Positions 8,275 to 19,273 are shown, counted from the first letter of the stretch. The stretch is 64,000 bases of DNA from a virus (IMGVR_UViG_3300028888_000044:96001-160000); one strand, 5' to 3'. The notes: generated by a model not told the origin, from the sequence alone. Program-made: numbers and translations.

Positions 8275-11055
8275 TTATTTTTTATCTTCTGCAAGTATTG
8301 TATTTTCTGCAATTTCGTTCTTTACTGCAAGAATCTCGAACATTCTGTCCATATATGTGTCTGTGAACTTCTGGTAATAAATCTTGCAATCCTTGTCTTG
8401 CCCTATCCTCAATATTCTGTATTCGGCTTGTTTGTTTTCTGCGGCAATGAATGAAATATTGTTGAATATTACAACCGAAGCCTCGTTGAGGTTTAGACCT
8501 ACGCTTGCGCTTTGTAGGTTTCCTATGAACACAGTGCAGTTTGGGTCTGTCTTGAATTTGTTGTATGCCTCATCCTTTTTCTTTGGTGTCATTTTGCCGT
8601 TATATACAACGCACTTGTCCTTGAAGTGGTCTTGAAGTGTATATAATTCCTTGTCGAAGCAGCAGAATATTACAACTTTTCTTCCTTCATTCAATTCTTG
8701 TTCAGTAATTTTGATGGTATTTTTTACCATAAGGTCGGCAAGAAGCTGTCTGAATATTGAGCTTTCTATAAGCTTGTGGTTCTGTATGAGTTTGGTTATA
8801 TCCTTTTCTTCGTTATGAAGTATGAAGTCATTCCAAGCGTTTTCATAGTCAACCCTTTCTTGTGGGGATAGCTCATATTCGATTACCTTTCTTTCAGTAC
8901 GTATTGATTTTAGTGTGTTTTCGCTTGTTTCCCTATAGTACAGATGCTTTATCCGTTCAGCAAGCTCGTCAAGGTTGCTTGCACCGTTTGTTAGCCATAT
9001 TTTCTTGCAGTTCTTGTCAAGATATTTGTCCAAGTCATCCTTTTCTTTAATTGTCAAGTCGTACCACGAATCTTTCTGCACAGATTTCAAGAATTGTTTT
9101 GTGAAATAATCCCTTTCGTTCTTGTTTGGGATTATTTGTTTACCATCGCAGTATGTTTTTACGTAATTTATCCAATCCTTTGTAACATCGGCATCAATTA
9201 GCTTAAGTATATTGTAAAGATTTATTGGGTTATTCTTAACCATTGTACCAGTAAGCTCGAAAACCCCATCTGGTTTGCTTCGTTTTAGCAAGTCACTTAC
9301 AATTTCATACATACCGCTACTGTTGTTTGACAGTCTGTGTGCCTCATCGATGATTATTAGGTCGAATTTTGACTGAAACAATTGTGAATTGTCAAGAGAT
9401 TCCTCTACAATTTCACTTTTTTCTGTCTTTACAATCTTTTCAACGGTTTTCCATTCGACTTTTCCGTCATCGGTATATACTTTTGTCTTGAATTTCTTGT
9501 TTACCTTTGGCACAACATAGAAATTCTTCAGAATATCATAGTTGATGATGGTATATTTGTTCTCTTTCCATTTTGAACCTTCCACAATTGTTATATCATC
9601 AGATGGAACGAATCTTTCAATCTCCCTTTTCCAATTTGTTTTCAATGAAGATGGACAAATAACCAATATCTTGTTGTATTTTCCCTCTATTGATGCCACT
9701 ATTGAGCATACTGTGTTGTGTGTAACAACATAATTTTCTGTTAAGAATGATTGGTCTTCAGAATCAACGCTGAAACATATTGCATTGCTTTCCCTTACGA
9801 GTCTTACATCAGTAATGTATCTGTCAAATGGTTTTGCCTTTTGAGCAATTTCGTCATATTCCTTGTTTTTTTGTTCGTCAGCAAAAGGATTGAACATTGT
9901 CATTAAATTTATTTCAACACAATCCTCCTTATTTTCAAGCATTGCAATTCCACCAAGCGAATTAACAAGCATTCTAATGTCGTGGGCTATGTTTTTTGAT
10001 TTCGTCTCGTATTTTATGAATGCCTTTTTGTCGAAAGTTGCTTTTCCATCCAATATACCAGCCAAAAGTTCAAGCCTTTGCTGTACAGAACCGCACAAAT
10101 ATACTTCTGGTATTCTACGTTTTTCCCAAGATGCCTCATCAGCTACATTTTCGTTTGAATCTATGAGTTTTCCCATTGCAAAAGGTGGGAACAAGTATTT
10201 TCTTTCCTCATATTCAGATGGTCTACACATTGGAATCCTCCAACAGTTCTTGTTTGGGTTGTTTTTTGGGTGAATACCGCTTTTAAGGATGCCTTTAAGT
10301 GAAATAACCTCCCAATTCTTTCTTGTATCTCTCTTTGCAATCCACAAGTGTTCGAGACCGCAGTTTACTTTCAGACCGTCATTGAATGTTATTTCATATA
10401 TATCCTTGATACCTTGTGGGTATCTTCCGATTATCTTTGTTGGCAAGCCATATGAAGAGAACATGTAGTCACCAACTTGCAATGTGTCAGCCCTTCTGAA
10501 TCCGTTTGGCGTAGGAAGCATTGTGTTGGCATCAATTTCCTTTCCCATTCCCATATCGAGTGAAACTATTCCCTTTTTACGTGAAAGTAGGAACTTTATT
10601 GCGTTCTTTTGGTGCTCTTTGATGGTTATTTTGCCCATTTCGTCATATTTCTTGAAGTCAACGTCCAAAGACTTGAAGTCTTCAACGAACAGAGGTGCAA
10701 GTATAGCTGTTTTAGGTACAAAAAGCTGCAAAATCTCTGGTTGACTTCTTCTGTATAGAATAGACATATGATATGTGTTTTCTGTTTCACCGAAAACGTA
10801 TCCTATGTACAACTTTTCTGGTACAAATTCAATGTTATATTCATTTTTAAGCTTTTCACCGTACCATTTTGCTATTTTAACAGTCTTGTTGTAGAAAATA
10901 GGGTCTTTTTCATATGAATTGAGTATATATTCCACTTCAAAGTTAGTCAAAGGTGTTTTTGTTTTTCTTTTGAGTTGTTTTATCAGTGGATTTGCACCAT
11001 TATAACTCTTTAGAATGTCATATGCTTTATTTACTTTTAATATACTGTCTGCCAT
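8275..11055 (-). CDS. SNF2/SF2-family helicase containing an intein
   Basis: Motif I DMGMGK/T (split by the intein), VICPSSLKTNW, IIDEAH, LTGT, VGLNL and QAEYRILRIGQ. Confidence 0.9.
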   Translation of the reverse strand: MADSILKVNKAYDILKSYNGANPLIKQLKRKTKTPLTNFEVEYILNSYEKDPIFYNKTVKIAKWYGEKLKNEYNIEFVPEKLYIGYVFGETENTYHMSILYRRSQPEILQLFVPKTAILAPLFVEDFKSLDVDFKKYDEMGKITIKEHQKNAIKFLLSRKKGIVSLDMGMGKEIDANTMLPTPNGFRRADTLQVGDYMFSSYGLPTKIIGRYPQGIKDIYEITFNDGLKVNCGLEHLWIAKRDTRKNWEVISLKGILKSGIHPKNNPNKNCWRIPMCRPSEYEERKYLFPPFAMGKLIDSNENVADEASWEKRRIPEVYLCGSVQQRLELLAGILDGKATFDKKAFIKYETKSKNIAHDIRMLVNSLGGIAMLENKEDCVEINLMTMFNPFADEQKNKEYDEIAQKAKPFDRYITDVRLVRESNAICFSVDSEDQSFLTENYVVTHNTVCSIVASIEGKYNKILVICPSSLKTNWKREIERFVPSDDITIVEGSKWKENKYTIINYDILKNFYVVPKVNKKFKTKVYTDDGKVEWKTVEKIVKTEKSEIVEESLDNSQLFQSKFDLIIIDEAHRLSNNSSGMYEIVSDLLKRSKPDGVFELTGTMVKNNPINLYNILKLIDADVTKDWINYVKTYCDGKQIIPNKNERDYFTKQFLKSVQKDSWYDLTIKEKDDLDKYLDKNCKKIWLTNGASNLDELAERIKHLYYRETSENTLKSIRTERKVIEYELSPQERVDYENAWNDFILHNEEKDITKLIQNHKLIESSIFRQLLADLMVKNTIKITEQELNEGRKVVIFCCFDKELYTLQDHFKDKCVVYNGKMTPKKKDEAYNKFKTDPNCTVFIGNLQSASVGLNLNEASVVIFNNISFIAAENKQAEYRILRIGQDKDCKIYYQKFTDTYMDRMFEILAVKNEIAENTILAEDKK
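9715..10539 (-). mobile_element. Class 3-type intein (275 aa) in the helicase Walker A motif, with a degenerate LAGLIDADG region
   Basis: N-terminus GK|EIDANTMLPTPNG, block B CGLEHLW, block F AICFSVD, C-terminus VVTHN|T. An LELLAGILDG remnant is present. Confidence 0.85.
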
Positions 11056-11131
11056 ATTGTTTTTATATAAAAAATAAATAATTAAACAAAAAAAACAATC
11101 TATTTATAGTAAAATGCGATAATTTTTATAT

Positions 11132-11884
11132 ATGAAATATATAATCAATGAGAATCAATACCAGTTATTGAAGGAATATATGCAAGATGGTTTTTCATAT
11201 GAAACACTTAGCTCATTACCAACATCGAATAAGAAGTATAAATATTGCTGTAAGTATTTGGGTGAACCAGTTGGAAGGGGTATTGCTCGTGCTGTATTCG
11301 ATGTGGATGAAGAGACTGTATTGAAAATCAATATTAGTAGTTATCACGATAATTCAAATCAAAATGAATGGAACAACGTTGCTAAATTGGCTGCTAAATT
11401 TGATATTTTCCCAAAATATTATAAACATGCCGATGATTTTTCTTGGATAACTTGTGAGAGTGTACTTCCTATGGATATGGCAGATTGCGAAGTTATATTA
11501 GGTATTCCATTTTGCACAGATAGTCATTCGGAGATATATGGATGGAATCCAGATTATGAGAAATATATTGTAAATGAAGTACGTGATAACGTAACGTTGG
11601 AGGGTTTTATATGGTGGGCAGAACAAAGAGCTTGGCATTCTAACAATTTAGGCGGCAAATTGGAAATGATTTTCAAGCATTTTACTGATAAGGAAATAAG
11701 GAAAATAAACCTTAAGTTTATGGCACTAATGAAAGGTCCAAATGGAAAATGGTTCAAAGATTTATATAAATATATTATAATGACTGGTGGTAGTTCTGAC
11801 TTGCATAAAGGTAATTTCGGTATGGCAAGAAGAAACGGCAAGGAAGTATTGGTAATAATTGATAGTGGTAATAAACCTATTTGA
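11132..11884 (+). CDS. Protein kinase-like protein with an N-terminal [IL]xE leader
   Basis: Gly loop GRGIARAVF, VLK, helix-C NQNE, catalytic-loop-like DLHKGNFG and DFG-like IIDSG. Confidence 0.7.
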   Translation: MKYIINENQYQLLKEYMQDGFSYETLSSLPTSNKKYKYCCKYLGEPVGRGIARAVFDVDEETVLKINISSYHDNSNQNEWNNVAKLAAKFDIFPKYYKHADDFSWITCESVLPMDMADCEVILGIPFCTDSHSEIYGWNPDYEKYIVNEVRDNVTLEGFIWWAEQRAWHSNNLGGKLEMIFKHFTDKEIRKINLKFMALMKGPNGKWFKDLYKYIIMTGGSSDLHKGNFGMARRNGKEVLVIIDSGNKPI

Positions 11885-11885
11885 T

Positions 11886-12431
11886 ATGGAGACAATTAAG
11901 AAATTTAGAGACGAGAGACAGATTCCAATCAACAGAAACAATATGTTCTATTCAGAGCAAGACTATTTGTTCGAATTGGAAATAGGAAAGAACTACTTGG
12001 AGGAAGATGTAAATCAGACTTTGATATTGTACCAAGTTGACTTGGAGAAGACAAACCTTGATGCCACATATGTTGAATCCAAGAGTGATGCAATAGTGTA
12101 TAAGCCGCCAGTTGAACTTCATTGTCTATATACTGTGGAAGAACCAGAGCTTATGAGCTATGAGAAGAACAAGAACTTGGGAACTTATGTGAAGAGTGGA
12201 AAGCTCAAATTCGGTGTCTTTCAAGCGACTCTTGACGAATTGGGCTGTGACATAAAGATTGGGGATTATATAGGTGTGGTTGTTTCGAATACCCACATAG
12301 AGTATTATACAGTTACTAATGACGGTAGAAACAATTTCAACAACGCTAGAACTACATTCGGCTACAAGTCTTCGTACAGAAGCATTGAAGCCGCACCAGT
12401 ATCAAGTGAAAATGAATTTAACGGAAAATAA
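11886..12431 (+). CDS. Putative neck/head-closure protein
   Basis: ATG at 11886. It lies before the tail-completion and sheath genes and has an LxELxxxIxxGD-type motif like head-closure proteins. Confidence 0.5.
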   Translation: METIKKFRDERQIPINRNNMFYSEQDYLFELEIGKNYLEEDVNQTLILYQVDLEKTNLDATYVESKSDAIVYKPPVELHCLYTVEEPELMSYEKNKNLGTYVKSGKLKFGVFQATLDELGCDIKIGDYIGVVVSNTHIEYYTVTNDGRNNFNNARTTFGYKSSYRSIEAAPVSSENEFNGK

Positions 12432-12442
12432 ATACAAAAGAG

Positions 12443-13618
12443 ATGATTATACAACCAAAACCATATTTAAGTAACTTTAGGATGAGGAAGAAGGCTATTG
12501 GAAAGGAACGTAGGTTGAATATGGACAAGATTATCCTTGAAAAGGGTACACCATTTCCATTGTATACTGAACTGTCCGACATAGACAATTCATTCAACGA
12601 ATGGGTGAACAGTCTTGAAGTTTCTTATGATGGCAAGCTTCTTCCAATATTCAAGCTTTTCAGCAACCAGAGGATAGGAGAATATTCACAGACTTGGAAG
12701 CACTTGGACGAGGTTGGAAACCCACTGCTCAACTTTTTTGCAGTCACAAGGGAAAACAACCCAAAGCAAGGTAGAAACCAAGGGGGTATGTTCAATATTC
12801 CTGGAGACAGAGATTATCCTATGTTCTTGGTTCCAAGCCTTTTGGAGAACGGTGAAGAGGCATATGATATGTATTCTATGAAGCAGCCGTTTTGTGTGGA
12901 CTTGATTTATTCTCTGACCCTTATAACCAACAAGTATGAGCTGTTGAACGATGTGAATCAGAAGATACTTAATGAATTCAAGGCATTGGAATGCTATATT
13001 GCACCAAATGGGCATTATATGCCAATGAAGCTTGAGGATATTTCAGACGAGTCAGAGAATGCGATAGATGATAGGAAATACTATTCACAGACGTATAAGA
13101 TAAACTTGCTTGGCTACATCATAAGGAAGGAGGACTTCAAGGTGACTAAGCTTCCAACAAGGGTTATCGGAAGAGTTTTAGGATGGAACAACAATAAGAA
13201 GGAAAAAAAGGCAGAAGTAAAAGTGATAGAGGATTACGAGGAAGAACTTTCGTGCTGCAACATAAGGGAGAAGGAACAGCCGAGATATGTGAACAAGAAG
13301 ATTAAATTGGAAATTAATTTCCCAATTTGCACTTTTATTGCAAAGTTCGACATAGATGTTGATTTTTCAGTTACAGATATTGTTACGAACAATGTATATG
13401 ACTTTGTTATGAAGATTAACGAGGAATATGTGAATCTTGAAGAAGAGATTAATATTTATAGTGGAGACACTATATATATAGAGGTCGAACGAGACGATAA
13501 GATGAAAACCGCTTCGATTTCCTTGAATGGAATTTCAGAGGAAATGGTAGACTCTGAAGATAAGGAATCCGTTACGGATGAGGAACCAATCGAAGAGGAC
13601 ATCATTTATAATGCATAA
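12443..13618 (+). CDS. Putative tail terminator/completion protein (T4 gp15-like)
   Basis: Position upstream of the sheath gene; PxxVDLxYxLxLxT and IxLxGY patterns. Confidence 0.5.
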   Translation: MIIQPKPYLSNFRMRKKAIGKERRLNMDKIILEKGTPFPLYTELSDIDNSFNEWVNSLEVSYDGKLLPIFKLFSNQRIGEYSQTWKHLDEVGNPLLNFFAVTRENNPKQGRNQGGMFNIPGDRDYPMFLVPSLLENGEEAYDMYSMKQPFCVDLIYSLTLITNKYELLNDVNQKILNEFKALECYIAPNGHYMPMKLEDISDESENAIDDRKYYSQTYKINLLGYIIRKEDFKVTKLPTRVIGRVLGWNNNKKEKKAEVKVIEDYEEELSCCNIREKEQPRYVNKKIKLEINFPICTFIAKFDIDVDFSVTDIVTNNVYDFVMKINEEYVNLEEEINIYSGDTIYIEVERDDKMKTASISLNGISEEMVDSEDKESVTDEEPIEEDIIYNA

Positions 13619-13985
13619 GTTTATGACACTAAAGGAAATAATACAACAAGAAGAGAAACTGTTGAAGATTGATGACAAGTACAAGCACAAGCTTACATTC
13701 AACGAGGTCGTAAGACTGAAGGGATATATGCGAAAGGTTGGTGAGATAACCAACATCTACTTTGAATTGATAAACAGTTATCACAAGGATATTGCATATC
13801 CAACATCTGGCAGCGTATCAACATCTGATATTGTAAACGACATGTATGATTACAACGACTTGCTTCAACAGAGCGAAGTTGACACGGATTTGATAAATAT
13901 GACAGAAATTATTGGATTTATAAATATTATTTCTGAAAAATATTCTATAGTTTTTAATTTGGAAAGTAAAACTATTGAAAATTGA
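13611..13985 (+). CDS. Hypothetical protein
   Basis: ORF coupled to the upstream stop; start at ATG 13611 or 13623. Confidence 0.55.
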   Translation: MHKFMTLKEIIQQEEKLLKIDDKYKHKLTFNEVVRLKGYMRKVGEITNIYFELINSYHKDIAYPTSGSVSTSDIVNDMYDYNDLLQQSEVDTDLINMTEIIGFINIISEKYSIVFNLESKTIEN

Positions 13986-13989
13986 AAAG

Positions 13990-13997
13990 TATTTATA
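13990..13997 (+). promoter_or_regulatory. TATTTATA putative late promoter of sheath 1
   Basis: Recurrent motif, about 50 nt upstream of the ATG. Confidence 0.55.
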
Positions 13998-14046
13998 ATT
14001 AAATAACAAGAAGATAATTAATTTTTTTAAATAAATAAACATAACT

Positions 14047-17000
14047 ATGGCAGACAATGCAAGAAAGACACATGTATCACCAGGTGTATATTCAAGGGAA
14101 ATTGACCTTAATTATGCAGTAAAAAGCCTTGGTTTGACAACACTTGGTGTTGCTGGCGAGACTCTTAAGGGTCCAGCCTTCCAACCAATGCTAATCGAGG
14201 ATTGGGCGCGTTTCAAGGACACCTTTGGTGGAACAAGTACAGAAAAATTCAAGGGAACACAGTACCCTAAATATGAATTGCCTTACATTGCAAAATCATA
14301 TCTTACAGAATCCAAGCAATTGGAGGTGTGCCGCGTATTGGGACTTAGCGGATACAACGCAGGTCCAGCTTGGGCTATCACAGCCAAGAGAGGTAGCAAG
14401 GATATGGTGATTGCAGTTATTCGTTCAAGAGGTTATTACAACGCATACGAAAAGTATGAGGCAACCGCAGACGAATGTAGATGCGGTTTGGCAGCACATG
14501 ACAAGTTACGTTACTATGTAGGTGAGTTGGAGCATGTGCCAGAGTGTGAAAAAGTAACACACTACAACCCAGCAGCATTGACAATACAGCCATATGTACC
14601 AATTGACGCAGTTGGTGACGAATGTTCACAATACAACATTACAAGTGCTACATCTTCATTCAATGTTTCAGTCGGAAACTATGGCAAGTTTACACTTAGT
14701 GGCTCTACAGCAGTAAGTTCAGAATGGGGAGAAATGCCTTCTGAACAATTATTCAGATTCTCTGTATCATTGAACCCAGAAGATAATGACTATATCTTGA
14801 AGGTATTGGGTACTAGCCAATTTGATGGAGACACACCAATCTATGTGGAAACACTTTATGATGTTGCATTAATTCAAGGAATTAACGCTAGCGAAATTGA
14901 CAAAATCAACAACAAGCTTGTCTTCTATGATGTTGCTTATGCAGCAGACTTGAATACAATTCCACCATTTGACGATTTCGTTGACAAACCTGGAGCAGTT
15001 TTTGCTAATAGCAACGGCAAGTGCTCTGCAAGACAAGGAAGTTTGACAAGAAGAGACCTTGGTAAGCGTTTCATGTATGCTGAAAACTTCTGTGACGTTA
15101 AGTCAAAGTATGTAAGGTTTACTGTTGAAAACGGTGGCATCAAGTATGAAACCGAAAATTGTACATATAATTGCCCAGATGGAAGCGGTGGAACAACGAC
15201 TTGCACAGCATCAATCTTGAAGATGCGAGATATGGTTGATGGTGAAATCTACACTGTAAGAGCATATACAAACAACAGTGGAAAGAGATTCTATGTCTAC
15301 ACAAGACCAGATGACTTTGACAAGTTGATTTCAGAGGCAGTTGATTATGCTAAAACAGAAATTTCAAGAGAATCTTTTGCAACTAGCGCCACAACCAACA
15401 ACATTGTGCACAACAACACTGTTATTGCAAAATGCAAGAAGGATGGCTTCTACTATACAAAGGGTGAAGGTAAGGTTGAAAAGGTTACTTGCGATTTGAA
15501 CGATTACAAGTCAGCATATAGATTTGCATCTACACCTTGGATTGTATCAAATGTGAAGGGTGACTATAACAATATCGACCTTTCAAGATTGTTCAGATTC
15601 CACACAATTTCTGATGGTGACAGCTCTAACAACGAGGTTAAGGTGTCAATTACCAATATTTTACCAGATGAAGGCTTGTTCAATGTTCAAGTCAGAGCTA
15701 TATACGATACTGACGATTCTCCAATCGTGCTCGAAAGCTTCTCACGTTGTAACTTAGTTCCTGGAGACAAGAACTATGTAGCATTCAAGATTGGCTCTTA
15801 TGATGGTGTTTATGAATCGAAGTCAAAGTATATCACAGTGGAGGTAAATGAGACATTGCCAACTAGAAATTCAGTACCAGCAGGTTTCTTGGGTTATCCT
15901 CTTGCTCACTTCAATGGTAATCCAATGGCAAAGGGTATGATAGTTTCAGTTGATTCGGCAGCTACTTCAACTGCAATTACAGTTGATAGTCAGAAGCCTA
16001 TCGCTCCAATCATCAAGTATAACTGTGATTATGATGAGGACATCAAGAATAGAAAGCAGTACTTCGGTTTGTCAGACTTGGTAGGTGTTGATGTCGATAT
16101 GTTCACATTCAAGGGCAATGCTGCATATGACAACGACCCATCAACAATCAGCAATGGTTTCCACCTTGACTGCCGTGTTGACCCACTTTCTTATGAGGAT
16201 GGTAAGGTAACAGTTACCGTTGAAGGTGAATCGGGTTATACTTTCGATACCGTTTCAATCAACAACGTAACCGAGACACTTGAAAGCTTCCCAATTATAG
16301 CAACAGAAAGCGAAATGGATGGAACAATCTACGAATATCAGAATTTGCGTAAGTTCACCGTTTACTTCTATGGAGGCTTCGATGGATGGGATGTTTACAG
16401 AGACTCTAGAACAAACACAGATGAGTTTATGTACAGCAAGTATGAAGGACAGTATAACGAAAAGACTGGTGAAGGTTTTGCTTTCAACAAGATTGATAAC
16501 CCAGACGTTCTTGGATTGAACCAAAAGGGTATTACCTCTGACTGGTATGCTTACTTGGCAGCAATTCGTAAGTTCGCAAACCCAGAAGAAACCGACATCA
16601 ACGTATTCGCAACTCCAGGTATTGACTACGTTAACAACTTGAAGCTTGTCGAGGAAACAATCGAAATGCTTGAAGAGGAAAGAGCTGACTCAATCTACGT
16701 TGTTACAACACCAGATAAACCAGCGGGTGCTGGAGATTACTTCGATGAAATGTATTCAGCAGAAGACGCAGTTGATAACCTCGAAGAATCGGAGATTGAT
16801 AGCAACTACACTTGCACATATTATCCTTGGGTTAAGTACTTCGATGTTGAGAATAACCAATACATCTTCTTACCAGCAACAAAGGATGCTGTAAGGGATA
16901 TGGCACAGACTGATAATGTTGCTCATCCTTGGTTCGCACCAGCGGGTACAAACAGAGGTGATGTTGAATGCGTAAGCGCAAAGAAAATCACAAAGATTGG

Positions 17001-17421
17001 TGATGAGGATGTTCTTTATGATGGAAGAATCAACCCAGTCAAGACTTTCGCAGCAGAAGGTGTAAAGCTTTGGGGTCAGAAGAACTTGCAGAAGAACGAG
17101 TCACAACTCAACAGAATCGCTGTCAGAAGGTTGCTTCTTAGAATGCGTAAGTTGGTTGCAATCGCTTGCCTTGGATTGATTTTCGAGCCAAACGATGCTA
17201 CAACAAAGGCAAAGTTCTTGTCAACAGTTACTCCAATATTGGATAACATCAGAGCTAACAGAGGTATCAGTGACTACAAGATTGAGGTTGATGATTCACA
17301 AGAGGCAAGAGACAGAAGAGAGCTTCCAGCAAAGATTTTCTTCAAGCCATACAACGCATTAGAGTATATTCCGCTCGATTTTATTTTAACAGCAGAAGGT
17401 GTGTCATTTGACCAGATTTAA
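14047..17421 (+). CDS. Contractile tail sheath protein 1
   Basis: SPGVYSREID, GETLKGPAFQP, YYPWV, WFAPAGTNRG, RINPV, WGQKNLQ, NRIAVRRLL, FEPND and LEYI: canonical sheath N- and C-terminal motifs. Confidence 0.95.
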   Translation: MADNARKTHVSPGVYSREIDLNYAVKSLGLTTLGVAGETLKGPAFQPMLIEDWARFKDTFGGTSTEKFKGTQYPKYELPYIAKSYLTESKQLEVCRVLGLSGYNAGPAWAITAKRGSKDMVIAVIRSRGYYNAYEKYEATADECRCGLAAHDKLRYYVGELEHVPECEKVTHYNPAALTIQPYVPIDAVGDECSQYNITSATSSFNVSVGNYGKFTLSGSTAVSSEWGEMPSEQLFRFSVSLNPEDNDYILKVLGTSQFDGDTPIYVETLYDVALIQGINASEIDKINNKLVFYDVAYAADLNTIPPFDDFVDKPGAVFANSNGKCSARQGSLTRRDLGKRFMYAENFCDVKSKYVRFTVENGGIKYETENCTYNCPDGSGGTTTCTASILKMRDMVDGEIYTVRAYTNNSGKRFYVYTRPDDFDKLISEAVDYAKTEISRESFATSATTNNIVHNNTVIAKCKKDGFYYTKGEGKVEKVTCDLNDYKSAYRFASTPWIVSNVKGDYNNIDLSRLFRFHTISDGDSSNNEVKVSITNILPDEGLFNVQVRAIYDTDDSPIVLESFSRCNLVPGDKNYVAFKIGSYDGVYESKSKYITVEVNETLPTRNSVPAGFLGYPLAHFNGNPMAKGMIVSVDSAATSTAITVDSQKPIAPIIKYNCDYDEDIKNRKQYFGLSDLVGVDVDMFTFKGNAAYDNDPSTISNGFHLDCRVDPLSYEDGKVTVTVEGESGYTFDTVSINNVTETLESFPIIATESEMDGTIYEYQNLRKFTVYFYGGFDGWDVYRDSRTNTDEFMYSKYEGQYNEKTGEGFAFNKIDNPDVLGLNQKGITSDWYAYLAAIRKFANPEETDINVFATPGIDYVNNLKLVEETIEMLEEERADSIYVVTTPDKPAGAGDYFDEMYSAEDAVDNLEESEIDSNYTCTYYPWVKYFDVENNQYIFLPATKDAVRDMAQTDNVAHPWFAPAGTNRGDVECVSAKKITKIGDEDVLYDGRINPVKTFAAEGVKLWGQKNLQKNESQLNRIAVRRLLLRMRKLVAIACLGLIFEPNDATTKAKFLSTVTPILDNIRANRGISDYKIEVDDSQEARDRRELPAKIFFKPYNALEYIPLDFILTAEGVSFDQI

Positions 17422-17438
17422 TTATGAATCTATATAAC

Positions 17439-17477
17439 AAAAAAACTAGGGAAATTTTATTTTTCCTAGTTTTTTTT
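17439..17477 (+). terminator. Rho-independent terminator
   Basis: aaaaaaactaggga / ttcctagttttttt. Confidence 0.8.
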
Positions 17478-17478
17478 A

Positions 17479-17486
17479 TATATTTG
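17479..17486 (+). promoter_or_regulatory. Bacteroidota-type -7 promoter element TAnnTTTG
   Basis: TATATTTG ends 18 nt upstream of the endonuclease ATG. Confidence 0.5.
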
Positions 17487-17504
17487 TATTAAAAGCAAAA
17501 AAAG

Positions 17505-19196
17505 ATGAAGATTGAAAGAATATGCCCTAATTGCGGAAAAAAATTTGAATGTCAGAGCAAGGGTGGTGGATTCAAAACATATTGTTGTAAAGAATGTTAT
17601 ATTGAACATAAAGGTATTGGAAAAAAGAAATTTGCAGAATGTTGCGTTTGTGGCAAGCAGTTTGAATTGGTTCATGGAAAGGGCAAAATGGTATGTTCAA
17701 ATGAATGTCTTGGCTTGTTGAGAAAAAGGATTCTTTCAACAAAAGAAGAAGATAAACCAGTTTCTACTTGTCTAAATTGCGGAAAAACATTCAGATATGA
17801 AAAATACAAGTCATTAAGACTTGAACTTATTCCAAAATTTTGCAATCAGGAATGTTATTTTGAATATTTGAAAACAAATTCTAAAAATGTTTTTGATAAA
17901 ACTCCACAAAAGGAAAAGGCAAGGGAGATTGTGAAATGCGAAATGTGCGGAAAAGAATTCGAGAAATACAAGAAAACCGAAAAAAGGTTTTGTTCTGATG
18001 AATGCAGAAAGAAATACATGGCGACAGACGAATACAAGAACAAAAGAAAAAGTACTATGCTTGCAAAATACGGGAAATTGTCTGTTGGAAATGGAGTTTC
18101 AGAGCAAAAGATTGAGGAATATAGAATAGCAAGGGAAGCCAAATATAGGGATTTATGCGAGAAATCTGATTTGGATTTGATAGAATTTATTGAAAAGCAC
18201 GTTTTGCTTGTGAAATGCAGAAAATGTGGCAAAACCTTTGTTACAAACAATTTGTCATATCTGTCATATGACCATATACCATGCAAGAATTGCAGTGATG
18301 AATATAAAGATTATAATCCGTCAATAAAGATATACGAACTGTTGGATTCTTTGGGTGTGAAATATTCCAAGAATGTTAGAGATATAATAAAGCCATATGA
18401 GATTGATATATATCTATATGATTTCAATTTGGGTATAGAAGTAAATGGAAATTTTTGGCACAGTGAATTATGCGGAAAAGACAAGGAATACCATATCAGA
18501 AAAACAAGATTATGTGCTGAAAAGGGGATAAAGTTGATACACATCTTTGAAGATGAGATAGCAAAGAAATTTGATATTGTTGCAAGCAGATTGAAAAATC
18601 TTGTACATATGACTGAAAACAAGATTTATGCAAGGAAATGCATCATAAGGGAAATACAATATTCTGAAAAACACGAATTTTTAAATAAAAACCATATTCA
18701 AGGTGATACAAACAGCAAAATCAATGTGGGGTTGTTTTTTGAAGATACGCTTGTTTCTGTTATGACATTTTCAAAGGAGAGAATCATTTACAAAAAAAGC
18801 GATGGTGAGGAAAATTATGAATTGATAAGGTTTGCAAACATATTGAATACAAATGTAATAGGTTCGTTCAGCAAATTGCTAAAATATTTCATTGAGAAAT
18901 ACAAGCCTAAAAAGATAACAACTTATGCAGATTCAAGATGGAGTTCAGTCATTCCAAATGGTTCTGTTTATGATGTAAACGGGTTTAAATATGATGGTCA
19001 GACAAAGCCAAATTATTGGTATATGCATAAAACAGATATGCTTGAAAGAAAGCATCGTTTCACCTATACAAAACAAAGGATATTGGAAAAGCATAATGAA
19101 CTAGATTCGTCAAAAACAGAATGGGAGCTTATGCAATCATTAGGTTATAATAGAATTTGGGATTGTGGAAACATGAAATTCGTGATGTCCTTTTAA
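17505..19196 (+). CDS. Free-standing homing-endonuclease-like protein (Zn-ribbon repeats + Vsr/PD-(D/E)xK-like domain)
   Basis: Multiple CxxCGKxF...CSxxC repeats, then EIDIY, IEVNGNFWH, LIHIFEDE, YARKC, HIQG, YADSRWS and IWDCG. Confidence 0.7.
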   Translation: MKIERICPNCGKKFECQSKGGGFKTYCCKECYIEHKGIGKKKFAECCVCGKQFELVHGKGKMVCSNECLGLLRKRILSTKEEDKPVSTCLNCGKTFRYEKYKSLRLELIPKFCNQECYFEYLKTNSKNVFDKTPQKEKAREIVKCEMCGKEFEKYKKTEKRFCSDECRKKYMATDEYKNKRKSTMLAKYGKLSVGNGVSEQKIEEYRIAREAKYRDLCEKSDLDLIEFIEKHVLLVKCRKCGKTFVTNNLSYLSYDHIPCKNCSDEYKDYNPSIKIYELLDSLGVKYSKNVRDIIKPYEIDIYLYDFNLGIEVNGNFWHSELCGKDKEYHIRKTRLCAEKGIKLIHIFEDEIAKKFDIVASRLKNLVHMTENKIYARKCIIREIQYSEKHEFLNKNHIQGDTNSKINVGLFFEDTLVSVMTFSKERIIYKKSDGEENYELIRFANILNTNVIGSFSKLLKYFIEKYKPKKITTYADSRWSSVIPNGSVYDVNGFKYDGQTKPNYWYMHKTDMLERKHRFTYTKQRILEKHNELDSSKTEWELMQSLGYNRIWDCGNMKFVMSF

Positions 19197-19236
19197 AAAA
19201 TTAGGGTAATATATTTTTATTACTCTAATTTTTTTT
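19195..19236 (+). terminator. Rho-independent terminator
   Basis: aaaaaattagggtaat / attactctaatttttttt. Confidence 0.75.
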
Positions 19237-19273
19237 GCAAAGATAGTATATTTATAATAAAAAAAACAAGAAT

